Part shown: positions 18,709 through 29,371 of the stretch, piece by piece
Layout: each line of letters begins with the position of its first letter
Position numbering within the stretch: the stretch's first letter is position 1
DNA from: a bacterium
Lineage (GTDB): Bacteria > SZUA-182 > DTGQ01 > JAFGSM01
Length of the DNA: 33,103 nucleotides
Direction of reading: 5' to 3'
NCBI GenBank assembly: GCA_049472335.1
Contig: JBLIRO010000057.1
Location: 1 to 33,103, forward strand
Program-made: the position numbers and the translations under genes
The notes under the pieces: generated by a model
Database searches by the model: none
What the model was told of the DNA's origin: nothing
Seen by the model: the letters and a program-made list of their open reading frames with translations, nothing else

Positions 18709-19257
18709 ATGAAAACGAGGTTTTTGAAGTCTTTATTAATAGGTCTAGTTTTTATTACAACAATAGGATTGGTTTCCGGTACATGTTTTGCTCAATTAAT
18801 CGGTCCTACCTGGTTTCAAACCGGCATTGGTGGCCCTACATGGTTCCAGACAGGTATTAGTGGGCCCACCTGGTTCCAGACGGGTATTGGCGGCCCATCT
18901 TGGATAACAGGGACTTCAGCTCCGGGTACTGGTATCGGCGGTGTCGGCGGTTTTGGTACTACAGGCTTTACCGGTCTCGGTGGTGTTGGTGGTTTTGGCA
19001 CTCCAGGTGTCGGCGGTTTTGGTGCTACAGGCTTTACCGGCCTTGGTGGTGTTGGTGGTTTTGGTGCTACAGGCTTTACCGGTCTCGGTGGTGTTGGTGG
19101 TTTTGGTGCTACAGGTATCGGCGGCATAGGCGGTACTGGTGCCCCAACCTGGCTATTCTCTGGTGTTGCCGGACCTACATGGCTTCAGACCGGTGTCGCT
19201 GGACCTACTTGGTTTCAGACTGGTGTCGGAGGTCCCTCCTGGGCATCGATTTTATGA
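18709..19257 (+). CDS. Secreted Gly-rich repeat protein (GPTWFQTGxx and GLGGVGGFG blocks)
   Basis: GGGGG RBS before MKTRF; signal peptide ending CFA|Q. The repeats vary mostly at third codon positions in this frame. Confidence 0.82.
   Translation: MKTRFLKSLLIGLVFITTIGLVSGTCFAQLIGPTWFQTGIGGPTWFQTGISGPTWFQTGIGGPSWITGTSAPGTGIGGVGGFGTTGFTGLGGVGGFGTPGVGGFGATGFTGLGGVGGFGATGFTGLGGVGGFGATGIGGIGGTGAPTWLFSGVAGPTWLQTGVAGPTWFQTGVGGPSWASIL
18802..19254 (+). repeat. Coding repeats: four 30-bp units, a central block of 42-bp units, then four 30-bp units
   Basis: GPTWFQTGIG-type units at both ends; TGFTGLGGVGGFG[AT] units in the middle. Confidence 0.88.
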
Positions 19258-19351
19258 TATTACGACCAGTTGAAGTGATATCCTTGTGCAAAAGGATATT
19301 AAGACTTTTTGATTTTTCGAATTAAAAATATTAACCACAAAGCCAGCAGGA

Positions 19352-19723
19352 TTAATCCTGCTGGCCTTCTCCCTCTTCTTTCCCTTCTTTCTCTTCTTTT
19401 TCTTCTTTTTCTTCTTTTTCTTCTGATTCCTCAGGTATATTTACGGAGATCTCGTTTTGAGAAATATCTTCCAGGGTAAGTATAGTGAGAAAATCATTTT
19501 TAAATTCTATCAGCCCGCTCTTTATGGGCATAAGGATAATTCGCTGGTTTTGAAGGTGAATTTGAAGATTGCCAGGTGTGATATATGTCATAAAGGGGGC
19601 ATGATTGTGAAATATCCCCACTTCCCCCTCTTTTCCGGGAAGCACCACATGATTTACCACTTCGTTATAAATGGTTTTTTCTGGTGTTATAATCTTGACT
19701 GTTATAGGCTTAGAGCCTTGCAT
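19352..19723 (-). CDS. atpC: ATP synthase F1 epsilon subunit
   Basis: IITPEK...VVLPG.EGE.GI...HAP N-terminal beta domain; last gene of the atp operon. Confidence 0.88.
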   Translation of the reverse strand: MQGSKPITVKIITPEKTIYNEVVNHVVLPGKEGEVGIFHNHAPFMTYITPGNLQIHLQNQRIILMPIKSGLIEFKNDFLTILTLEDISQNEISVNIPEESEEKEEKEEKEEKEGKEEGEGQQD

Positions 19724-19726
19724 GAA

Positions 19727-21148
<1,422 letters not shown>

Positions 21149-21152
21149 TCAA

Positions 21153-22052
21153 TTAATCCTTTTGTAATGCCAGAACTGTACCCATAATTTCATTGAGTTC
21201 TCTTGTTATTTTTGATTTTCTGAGTGCGTGATACAGATTGCGCATCTCTGTAATCATGTCCTTGGCTGATGTGGAGGCCTGCTGCATAGCCAGTCTTCGG
21301 CTTATATGTTCCGCTACGATGCTCTCCAGGATGGCTTGAAAAAGCCTGTTTATTACCAGTTCAGGTAAAAGGACACCAATCATATCATGGACATTGGGTT
21401 CGCATACAAACTGTCTGGGCTTATTCTTATCCGGAGAATTCAACTCCTGCAGAAAATCATCACAAGGCAGAAGGGCCTCAACAACAGGATACCTGACTGA
21501 GGTGGATTCAAGATGCGTATAGACAAGAAGAACCTCGTCAAGCTCACTTTTTTCAAGGGATTGGATAAGATTCTGTGCCAGGGGCAAAATATCCTCATAG
21601 GTAAACTTATCCGAAAACTGCTCGGTGCAAAACTTCATTTGAACCCCTCTGTTCCTGAAATGCTGAATCGCCTTTTTTCCTACCGCGTAAACAACAGGAG
21701 ACAGATCCTTTCTTGAATATTGATCATAAATCCTGTCTGCTTCCTGAAGCACATGGTAATTAAATCCCCCGCACATCCCCTGATTACTTGTCACTACTAT
21801 AAGTCCTACGGTATTGACATTTTCCTTGGTATGGAGCAGGCAAAGGTCCCTGAAGCTGTTTTCATCCTGCAGGGCTGTAAAAAAAAGGTCTGCCGCCATA
21901 TCCTTTAGCGACATGGCATAATCCCTTGTTTTTTCGAGCCTGCGGCTTGTACGAAGCACCCTCACAGAAGAGATCTTCTCCATGGTCTGGGTAATCTTCC
22001 GGATATTAGCTGCAGCCTCAATCCTTTTTCTTATATCACGAAGGTTGGCCAA
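21153..22052 (-). CDS. atpG: ATP synthase F1 gamma subunit
   Basis: MANLRDIRKRI...KITQTME, GMCGGFN, ITRELNEI. Confidence 0.93.
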   Translation of the reverse strand: MANLRDIRKRIEAAANIRKITQTMEKISSVRVLRTSRRLEKTRDYAMSLKDMAADLFFTALQDENSFRDLCLLHTKENVNTVGLIVVTSNQGMCGGFNYHVLQEADRIYDQYSRKDLSPVVYAVGKKAIQHFRNRGVQMKFCTEQFSDKFTYEDILPLAQNLIQSLEKSELDEVLLVYTHLESTSVRYPVVEALLPCDDFLQELNSPDKNKPRQFVCEPNVHDMIGVLLPELVINRLFQAILESIVAEHISRRLAMQQASTSAKDMITEMRNLYHALRKSKITRELNEIMGTVLALQKD

Positions 22053-22055
22053 TAT

Positions 22056-23672
22056 TTATTCCCCGCACTTTTGCTTTTTTGATACCTGAGTGTCATTTTT
22101 TACGAGTGGCTCAGGGTTTTTCTCTTGACCATTTTCCAAATCATCTGTATCTTGAATGACATTGTTGTCTCTGAGAAATTTCTGACTATATTCTTCCCCG
22201 ATCTCATTCAGAAGCCTTTTATTCTCCAACCTGCCGCTTTCTCTTATTTCCTGTAAAGCCTGAGGATAAACCCCGTGAACATAATCAAGAAATTCACTCT
22301 CGAACTCTTTTATTTTATCCAATGGTATATTATCGCAATATCCATGTGTGGCTATATATATGTGAACCACCTGGTCCTCTACAGCCATAGTCTGAAATTG
22401 TTTTTGTTTGAGGATCTCAACAAGACACATACCACGCTTCAATTGTCTTTGAGTAGCAGGGTCCAAATCAGTGCCGAGTTGGGCAAATGCCTGGAGTTCC
22501 CGAAACTGTGCCATTTCAAGTCTCAAAGTGCCGGCAACCTCCTTCATGGCAGGTATCTGCGCATTCCCACCCACACGAGACACGGATACACCCACATCCA
22601 CGGCAGGACGTATGCCCGCGGCAAACAGGTTAGGAAGAAGGTATATCTGGCCGTCAGTAATGGAAATGACATTGGTTGGTATATAGGCAGAGACCTCACC
22701 CTCCTGAGTCTCAATAATAGGGAGGGCTGTCATGGAGCCTCCGCCAATCTCGTCTGAAAGCTTGGCTGCCCTTTCGAGAAGTCTTGAATGAAGGTAAAAT
22801 ACATCGCCGGGATAAGCCTCCCTGCCGGGAGGACGATTTAAAAGAAGAGATAATTGCCTGTAAGCATCTGCGTGCTTTGACAGATCGTCATAAACCACTA
22901 ACGTATCCTGGCCCTTTTCATACATAAACCACTCTGCAATGGCACACCCGGCATACGGTGCGATATACTGGAGAGGAAAATGGCTGCTGGCTCCGGCAGA
23001 AACAACTACAGTATAATCCATGGCCCCGAATTGTTTCAGTTTTTCAACCACAGCAGCAATGGTTGAAGTCTTCTGGCCTATGGCCACATAGATACAAATC
23101 ACCCCGGTTTCTTTTTGATTTAAAATTGTATCAATAGCAATCGCTGTCTTTCCGGTCTTTCGGTCCCCTATGATCAGTTCTCTTTGTCCTCTGCCTATGG
23201 GGACCATGGCATCAATGGCCTTCAATCCTGTCTGAAGCGGCACTTTTATAGGCTTACGATCAGCGATGCCGGGCGCGGAGGATTCCACGAGACGGAACTT
23301 TTCACATCTTACAGATCCCATATCATCCAAAGGATTTCCAATCGGATCGACAACCCTCCCGAGAAGTGCCTCTCCTACCGGGACGGAGAGTAGTTTTTTC
23401 AGTCTTTTCACCTGGAAACCCTCTTTTATCTTCAGGTAATCTCCAAGTATCACAACCCCGACCGTTTCCTGTTCGAGGTTGAATACGATTCCCTGGATTC
23501 CATTCTCAAACTCGACCATCTCTGATGACATGGCATTGTTCAGTCCACTGACCCTGGCAATACCATCTCCAAGTTCAAGAACGGTTCCCACCTCTTCGAT
23601 TTCCAAATGGGATTCATAGGTTTCCAGCTCTTTTTGTATGATTTGAGACAGTTCAGCCAGATTAACCTTCAT
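22056..23672 (-). CDS. atpA: ATP synthase F1 alpha subunit
   Basis: [39 protein letters not shown]. Start at MKVNL after a GAGGGGG RBS. Confidence 0.98.
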   Translation of the reverse strand: MKVNLAELSQIIQKELETYESHLEIEEVGTVLELGDGIARVSGLNNAMSSEMVEFENGIQGIVFNLEQETVGVVILGDYLKIKEGFQVKRLKKLLSVPVGEALLGRVVDPIGNPLDDMGSVRCEKFRLVESSAPGIADRKPIKVPLQTGLKAIDAMVPIGRGQRELIIGDRKTGKTAIAIDTILNQKETGVICIYVAIGQKTSTIAAVVEKLKQFGAMDYTVVVSAGASSHFPLQYIAPYAGCAIAEWFMYEKGQDTLVVYDDLSKHADAYRQLSLLLNRPPGREAYPGDVFYLHSRLLERAAKLSDEIGGGSMTALPIIETQEGEVSAYIPTNVISITDGQIYLLPNLFAAGIRPAVDVGVSVSRVGGNAQIPAMKEVAGTLRLEMAQFRELQAFAQLGTDLDPATQRQLKRGMCLVEILKQKQFQTMAVEDQVVHIYIATHGYCDNIPLDKIKEFESEFLDYVHGVYPQALQEIRESGRLENKRLLNEIGEEYSQKFLRDNNVIQDTDDLENGQEKNPEPLVKNDTQVSKKQKCGE

Positions 23673-24327
23673 ATTTTTTAACCCCCTCACAAGGATTTGA
23701 TAAAATTTTAAATTTCAGTTTCTCAAAATCCTTTTTTAATGACATGTCTATCTTGATTGAATCTGTATAACAAACAAACCCCCCTAAAACATCCGGATCA
23801 ATCTCATTGTTAAGGATAACATCCATCTTAAGGGATTTTACCAAAGCTTCCTGAAGCCCTTTCATCTGTGAATCGTTTAATGGGAAAGCCGAGACTACCC
23901 GAACCTTCCTCCTTAAATTCACTTCGTCCGTCATTTGGCAAAGCGCGTAATAAATTCCGGGTAAAAGCTCGGTATGATTATTGTCTATAATCTTCTCAAT
24001 AAAACACAGGACAACCTTATGCATATGATTCTCAAAGAAGTTTCTTATTCGCTTTTTCCTGGTATTTCGATCGATCGCATGACATTGAATAAACTGTCTC
24101 AATTCCGGCACTTCCTTCCAAACAGCTATAAAATTACCAAGCCCCTCGTTCATCGAGTCCAAAAGATCTGTCTCCCTGGCAAACTGAAAGAGGGCCCTGG
24201 CATAGGCCATGGAAGCCTTATACCTCTTATGTCCCATATTCAACAAGACATCGTGCTCTAATTCGTTCTGGATATCATCAGTTGTACAAGGATCAGTTTT
24301 GTTTGACATGCCTTTTATACTCATCAA
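23662..24327 (-). CDS. atpH: ATP synthase F1 delta subunit
   Basis: [20 protein letters not shown]...IDMSL; lies between atpF and atpA. Start uncertain (24327, 24324 or 24309). Confidence 0.88.
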   Translation of the reverse strand: MMSIKGMSNKTDPCTTDDIQNELEHDVLLNMGHKRYKASMAYARALFQFARETDLLDSMNEGLGNFIAVWKEVPELRQFIQCHAIDRNTRKKRIRNFFENHMHKVVLCFIEKIIDNNHTELLPGIYYALCQMTDEVNLRRKVRVVSAFPLNDSQMKGLQEALVKSLKMDVILNNEIDPDVLGGFVCYTDSIKIDMSLKKDFEKLKFKILSNPCEGVKKYEG

Positions 24328-24814
24328 GATATTTATTCATCAAACGTTCCCCTTCCTGGGGATCGATCTCTTTATGAAGAAATTTTTTGGTCATTTCAAA
24401 GGTAATAAAAACCAGCTCGGATTTAAACTCCTCAAGTGCCTTATGACGAAGCTGATCAATATCTCTTTGGGCCTTCTGAAGAAGCTTCTCCGCCTCTTTC
24501 TTGGCTTCAGTCAGGATGTTATTCTTGATCTCAACCGTTGAGGCCTTTGTCCTGCTCACAATGGCAAGTGATTCTTCTTTAGCTTTAAGGAGCATCTTCT
24601 TTCTTTGATCCAGGAGCCCGTCAGCCACTTCCCTCTCTTGCTTAATATGTTCAAGCTCACTGGCAATCTTTGAGGACCGGGCTTCCAATGCGTTCAGGAT
24701 CACTCCCCAAACATACTTCCACAGGACAAAAACCAGGAGACCAAAAGTAATCAGTGTCCAGATAACCAGCCCGGGCTGGATCTCTAAAAGTCCCTCCTTT
24801 ATGATATCAAACAT
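24293..24814 (-). CDS. atpF: ATP synthase Fo subunit b
   Basis: PGLVIWTLITF.LL..VL.K..W transmembrane helix followed by a coiled coil. Confidence 0.92.
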   Translation of the reverse strand: MFDIIKEGLLEIQPGLVIWTLITFGLLVFVLWKYVWGVILNALEARSSKIASELEHIKQEREVADGLLDQRKKMLLKAKEESLAIVSRTKASTVEIKNNILTEAKKEAEKLLQKAQRDIDQLRHKALEEFKSELVFITFEMTKKFLHKEIDPQEGERLMNKYLDEYKRHVKQN

Positions 24815-24836
24815 CCGATTATTCCCTTTTCAGAAA

Positions 24837-25061
24837 TTATTTTGTTGCTACAATGATACAGATGACAAGAGCGAAAAGTGCGATACCCTCTACAAGTGCG
24901 GCTCCTATAAGCATAGTTGCTCTAAGGGGATTGAGGGTGTCCGGCTGCCTGGCTATTCCTTGAAGGGAAGCCCCGCCTATGAGACCTATTCCGATACCAG
25001 CGCCTACTGCTGTTAATCCCGCGCCAAGTGCGGCCCCTAATGCTGCAATATTTGGTAACAT
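24837..25061 (-). CDS. atpE: ATP synthase Fo subunit c
   Basis: GAGIGIG, IARQP loop, conserved Glu in LVEGIAL. Confidence 0.96.
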   Translation of the reverse strand: MLPNIAALGAALGAGLTAVGAGIGIGLIGGASLQGIARQPDTLNPLRATMLIGAALVEGIALFALVICIIVATK

Positions 25062-25100
25062 CTCTTTATTCCTCCTCCCTTTAAACTCAAGGATTTCATA

Positions 25101-25874
25101 TTAATGGGCTTCTCCTGCCATACCGACAAAAATGGCAGAAAGAAAGGTAAAAATATATGCCTGCAAAAGGCAGACAAAGATTTCAAGCAAACTTACTGCT
25201 ACAGCCGTTGGAACGGTCAAAACCCCGAGAAAGACATTTCTAAACATAATTACGAGGTACAGAATGACAAAAATAATGATATGGCCGGCCAGCATATTGG
25301 CAAACAACCTTATCATAAGGGCAAAGGGTTTACTGAACATGCTTATAAACTCGTTCAAACCAATTATCGGCGCGAGGAATACCGGCACCCCTTCGGGCAC
25401 CAGATGTTTCCAGTAGGAAATAGGTCCGCGCAGGACCATACCGTATATCTGCGTGAAGAAAAATGTAACCAGGGCCAGTCCCATGGTAACCGCCAGATTC
25501 GAAGTCACGGTCACAGATTTAGGGATCAGGCCGACCAAATTGCAGGCCAGGATGAACAGGAATTGCGTGCAAAAAAAGTGTAAGTAAGCCCGCTCCCTGT
25601 CCGGGCCGATAAAAGGCCTGACAATGTCATCCCTGACAAACTCAATAAAGACCTCGATCAACATCATGGAACGGTCCGGGGCAGAGATACCGCGTTTTTT
25701 ATATTTTCTGGCTATCGAATAGAGAAACCAGAAGAGCCCCAGAGAGATGATCAACATGTAGAGCACATATTTGGTTATGCTAAGATCGGCCCCGAAGAGA
25801 TTGATTCGGATCAAAACACTATCCGACATATGATGGGTCAAAAGCTCAAATATGTTATCCGAAGGATTTGTCAT
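25101..25874 (-). CDS. atpB: ATP synthase Fo subunit a
   Basis: NLVGLIP, KPFALMIRLFANMLAGH, LQAYIF..LS. Confidence 0.96.
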   Translation of the reverse strand: MTNPSDNIFELLTHHMSDSVLIRINLFGADLSITKYVLYMLIISLGLFWFLYSIARKYKKRGISAPDRSMMLIEVFIEFVRDDIVRPFIGPDRERAYLHFFCTQFLFILACNLVGLIPKSVTVTSNLAVTMGLALVTFFFTQIYGMVLRGPISYWKHLVPEGVPVFLAPIIGLNEFISMFSKPFALMIRLFANMLAGHIIIFVILYLVIMFRNVFLGVLTVPTAVAVSLLEIFVCLLQAYIFTFLSAIFVGMAGEAH

Positions 25875-26084
25875 TATTTTCTTACGTCCTTATCTACAGC
25901 ACTCTTTACCCAGCAATATTTAAAAACTCTATAAAACTAGATATTAAACGGTAAAGAATTTTGAATTACTTAGACCAATAGCAATCCCATAATCTAATTC
26001 TTCTATCGGCCAGTAATATCAAAAACTTTAAAGGAATATCGCATTCTTGGCAGCTTCTCAAAATCCCGGTTGCATCTTGAGAAG

Positions 26085-26168
26085 AATTGCAAAATTCAAA
26101 ATGCAAATTTTAAAACTCAAAATAATGTATTCCTTAAATTTGCATTTTTCATTTTACATTTTGCAATT
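26085..26168. repeat. Imperfect inverted repeat built from ~7-bp AAAATGC-like units
   Basis: Left arm AATTGCAAAATTCAAAATGCAAATTT. The right arm reverse-complements to AATTGCAAAATGTAAAATGAAAAATGCAAATTT. Confidence 0.7.
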
Positions 26169-26399
26169 TTCATTAACTATTCGAAAACCACAATATTTTG
26201 AGCAGTTACCTTTTTCCCACGTAAGTTCTTTTTCTTAATACTCGTCAAGATTTTTGGAAACCCTGTGGGAGGGTATGCCAAAGACTCCTTTAACGGAGTA
26301 AAGACATATTGCATGAAGGGACTTATTATAGTATCCTCCTGACAACAAAGTTTTGACAACTATAAATGTTTTGACCCCCATAAAAAGGAGCTATGAATT

Positions 26400-27371
26400 T
26401 TGGAAACCCGCCAATCACAAAAATACTTTACAGGCAGCCCTCCTCCTTTTACTTACCCGGATACTGAAAGGGAGACCTATTACTTACGATTCAATTTTGA
26501 ATATGGTAATCTGGATGACGGGACCCTTTGGATAAGAACACCTAAAAAAGGTTTGTATCATATTGATTGGCTTACCCTTCGCCTTCTTCTGGAATTAAAC
26601 GCAGGGATGCCCTTTTCTCCCTTGTGTAAAAAATATAAAATTGATCCGAATGAACTGAAAACCTTGTTAGCAAATCTTCAGCATGAAGGAGCCATAGTTT
26701 CACCAAGAGAAGGGAAAATATCCCAGGCAAGCCAACAGGATGATATTCATATCGCACCCTTTGTTTTTCTGTTTATCCTGCTTGCTGCAATACAGATAGA
26801 ATATTTTCAGAATATTGCAGGCACTTTCACTATTCGTCACTGGTATGAAACCCTGTTGATCGGATTAATATCCATATTCCCCATAATCCTGCATGAGCTT
26901 GGACATTATTTCAGTTCAAAGCCTTATTTTACCCCTCGTCTGGGTTTTACTTTCCTGTGGTTTTTTCCGGCGGTTTATATTGACACCCATGCGTCATGGT
27001 GTCTTCCCCGCAATATCCGGTTGCTTATAAATTCTTCAGGGCTCTTGATGGACCTAGGTTTCAACACCCTGCTTGTAATACTCGTATTGTACTATCCTTC
27101 CATGGAATATTATGTGACTCCATTGCTTATACTTCAATACACCCGATGGAGTATTATTATGAATCCTCTTGTAAACGGGGACGGATATTGGTTATTATCG
27201 GATTTTACCCGTACTGTGAATCTGCGCCAAAGGGCCAGGGAATATTTTCACAAAAGACGTTTCCACTGGCTTTCCATATATGGGTTTTTATCTGTCGTTT
27301 TCACAATTTTTTCAATTATGGGGCTTATATGGTTTGCTATAAACCTTTTTAGATTGGGGATCAAGATATGA
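26400..27371 (+). CDS. M50 (site-2) membrane zinc metalloprotease with an N-terminal PqqD/RRE-like domain
   Basis: HELGH within a transmembrane region and NPLVNGDGYW. The N-terminal ~90 aa has a beta-strand then helix pattern ending L..L..EGAI, as in RRE/wHTH domains (inferred). AGGAG RBS 9 nt before the TTG. Confidence 0.8.
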   Translation: METRQSQKYFTGSPPPFTYPDTERETYYLRFNFEYGNLDDGTLWIRTPKKGLYHIDWLTLRLLLELNAGMPFSPLCKKYKIDPNELKTLLANLQHEGAIVSPREGKISQASQQDDIHIAPFVFLFILLAAIQIEYFQNIAGTFTIRHWYETLLIGLISIFPIILHELGHYFSSKPYFTPRLGFTFLWFFPAVYIDTHASWCLPRNIRLLINSSGLLMDLGFNTLLVILVLYYPSMEYYVTPLLILQYTRWSIIMNPLVNGDGYWLLSDFTRTVNLRQRAREYFHKRRFHWLSIYGFLSVVFTIFSIMGLIWFAINLFRLGIKI

Positions 27372-27400
27372 GTTTCTATCCTGTTTAAGGGAGAATAAAG

Positions 27401-29371
27401 ATGAATTATGGATTTTTGAAGATACTATTAATCATATTGGGCTCCGTGGCCCTCATTGGCTCAGCCTTCAAGATATTAAAGGAATATGAGCGGGCTGTGG
27501 TCTTCCGTCTTGGCAAACTGCTTTCTGCCAAAGGTCCGGGATTGGTTTTTTTGATCCCGTTCATTGACCGTATAAAGAAGGTCGATCTTCGTCTTGTATC
27601 CATAGATGTTCCGAGGCAGGACATCATGACAAGGGATAATGTGCCTGTCACTGTTGACGCCGTGGTATATTTTCATGTGGTTGACCCGGCACAGGCAGTT
27701 ATTACCATTCAGGATATTTATCAGTCCACCTTCCTTATCGCTCAGGCCACACTTCGCAACGTACTTGGGCAGGTGGAACTGGATGACCTTTTGAGCCAGC
27801 AGTCAAAGATAAACAAACAACTGGAAGAAATTATAAGTGTGCATACCAAGCAATGGGGTATCAATATCTCTATAGTAGAGATCAAAGAAGTAACCCTGCC
27901 TGAACAGATGAAACGGGCCATGGCCAAACAGGCAGAGACAGAAAGGGAGCGCAGGGCCAGGCTCATTGACGCTCAAGCTGAATACCAGGCGTCACAAACC
28001 CTGGCAGAGGCAGGAAGGATCTTATCCAGTAATTCTCAGGGATTACAACTACGATATTTACAAACCCTTAGGGATATATCCAATAATAAAGGCTCCACCA
28101 TCCTTTTTCCCCTGCCCCTGGACCTCTTGGGTCCGTTCGTGGATGGCGCAAAAAAGCTGTTTCAAACCTCCTGGGGAGCAAAACAAGAAGAACCAAAAGC
28201 CGAATCAGAGAAATCCTCGAAAAAGGAAGGGGTTACAAAGTCTGTAGAGGTTGATGCAATTCCTGTGCAATTAGATAAGGAAAAAGCCGCCATCAAAGAA
28301 TCTATGATCATAGAAAATCTGATTGCTGAATATGAACGTGATTTGAATGAGGGGAGCTTAAAGCCGAGATACGTGCAATGGGTGGTTACCGATCGGTGTC
28401 AATTTCAATGCGCCCATTGTGAAACAACTGTCGCGCAGAATGATAACCGGGAACTTTCAACCACCCAAGCCAAAAAGATTATAGATCAGCTTGCTGAAAT
28501 GGGCTGTGAATTTTTATCTATTACCGGCGGCGAGCCTATGCTGAGAAAAGACCTTTTCGATATAGCACGTTATGCCAATGAAAAGGGAATCAAACTGGGA
28601 CTAACCACAAATGGACAGGCGACAGAGGAAAACCTCTCCGCCCTTTCCGATATCAAATTGGAGTCGTTGGTCGTTACACTTGATGGTTACGGGGATACAC
28701 AGAACAGGATAAGAAATGCCCCCGGCTCCTATGAGCGGGGGATCAGGACCATTGAATTCTTTCATGATATAGGAGTTCCGAGGATCTGCGTATCCACTAT
28801 CCTTCTGGATGACAACCTCAAAGAGTTTCCCAGATTAACAGAAGATGTGTTCCGGGTTGGGGCCAATCTGATGCAGATTCAGCCTCGCATCCTGCACAAT
28901 GGAAAACCTTTTCGCAATTCGCCGGAAACAGTCAAGGATGCATTCAGATTTATACTGGAGGCAAGAAGGCGCGGCTTCCCTGTGGAAGCAGGGGAGCAAT
29001 TCGGTTATCTGGGGCCATTGGAGCCATTGATACGTTCAACCCCGTTCTTTTGCGGTTCCGGTTGGAACACATTTTGCATTAATGTGGATGGCAAGGTTCA
29101 AGGCTGCCCTGTAAAAACGGTTCCGGAGATAAAAGAAGGGAACTGCACAACGGATTTGTTGCAGGAGATTTGGCATAATGGATTCTCATTGTTGCGCAAA
29201 GTTACCCCTGAAGGGCTTCCGGAGGGCTGTCAAAGATGCCCCTATCTTTCAGCATGCAGGGGGGGGTGCTGGCTATTCAGAGTACATGGATTAAATCCCT
29301 GCTTTCTTCTTGAAGCGGAGCAGGTATATCGGGAGATTACCAATGCAGCGTTATATACTCAAACTTCTTAA
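27401..29371 (+). CDS. Fusion of a stomatin/slipin SPFH domain to a radical SAM/SPASM domain
   Basis: aa 1-245: TM helix, YERAVVFRLG, GPGL, MKRAMAKQAE.ERE.RA, LQLRYLQTL, TILFPLP. A charged linker follows, then CQFQCAHC, ITGGEP, LTTNG and SPASM cysteines (CGSG..GCP..CQRC.....CRGGC..C). One uninterrupted ORF. Confidence 0.88.
   Translation: MNYGFLKILLIILGSVALIGSAFKILKEYERAVVFRLGKLLSAKGPGLVFLIPFIDRIKKVDLRLVSIDVPRQDIMTRDNVPVTVDAVVYFHVVDPAQAVITIQDIYQSTFLIAQATLRNVLGQVELDDLLSQQSKINKQLEEIISVHTKQWGINISIVEIKEVTLPEQMKRAMAKQAETERERRARLIDAQAEYQASQTLAEAGRILSSNSQGLQLRYLQTLRDISNNKGSTILFPLPLDLLGPFVDGAKKLFQTSWGAKQEEPKAESEKSSKKEGVTKSVEVDAIPVQLDKEKAAIKESMIIENLIAEYERDLNEGSLKPRYVQWVVTDRCQFQCAHCETTVAQNDNRELSTTQAKKIIDQLAEMGCEFLSITGGEPMLRKDLFDIARYANEKGIKLGLTTNGQATEENLSALSDIKLESLVVTLDGYGDTQNRIRNAPGSYERGIRTIEFFHDIGVPRICVSTILLDDNLKEFPRLTEDVFRVGANLMQIQPRILHNGKPFRNSPETVKDAFRFILEARRRGFPVEAGEQFGYLGPLEPLIRSTPFFCGSGWNTFCINVDGKVQGCPVKTVPEIKEGNCTTDLLQEIWHNGFSLLRKVTPEGLPEGCQRCPYLSACRGGCWLFRVHGLNPCFLLEAEQVYREITNAALYTQTS

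Noticed and set aside
18816..19127. Pro-rich minus-strand ORF (PKPPTPPRPV repeats) and the Trp/Cys/Arg-rich alternative-frame ORF at 18900-19325
   Set aside because: Both are shadows of the Gly-rich repeat gene, which has the RBS, the signal peptide and third-position variation.
18802..19254. 30-bp repeats as a CRISPR array
   Set aside because: They are contiguous in-frame coding repeats with no unique spacers, and no cas genes are present.
26047..26359. Small ORFs 26047-26238 (+) and 26177-26359 (-) as atpI or a RiPP precursor
   Set aside because: They are translations of the heptamer palindrome and intergenic DNA, with no RBS and no AtpI-like transmembrane pattern.
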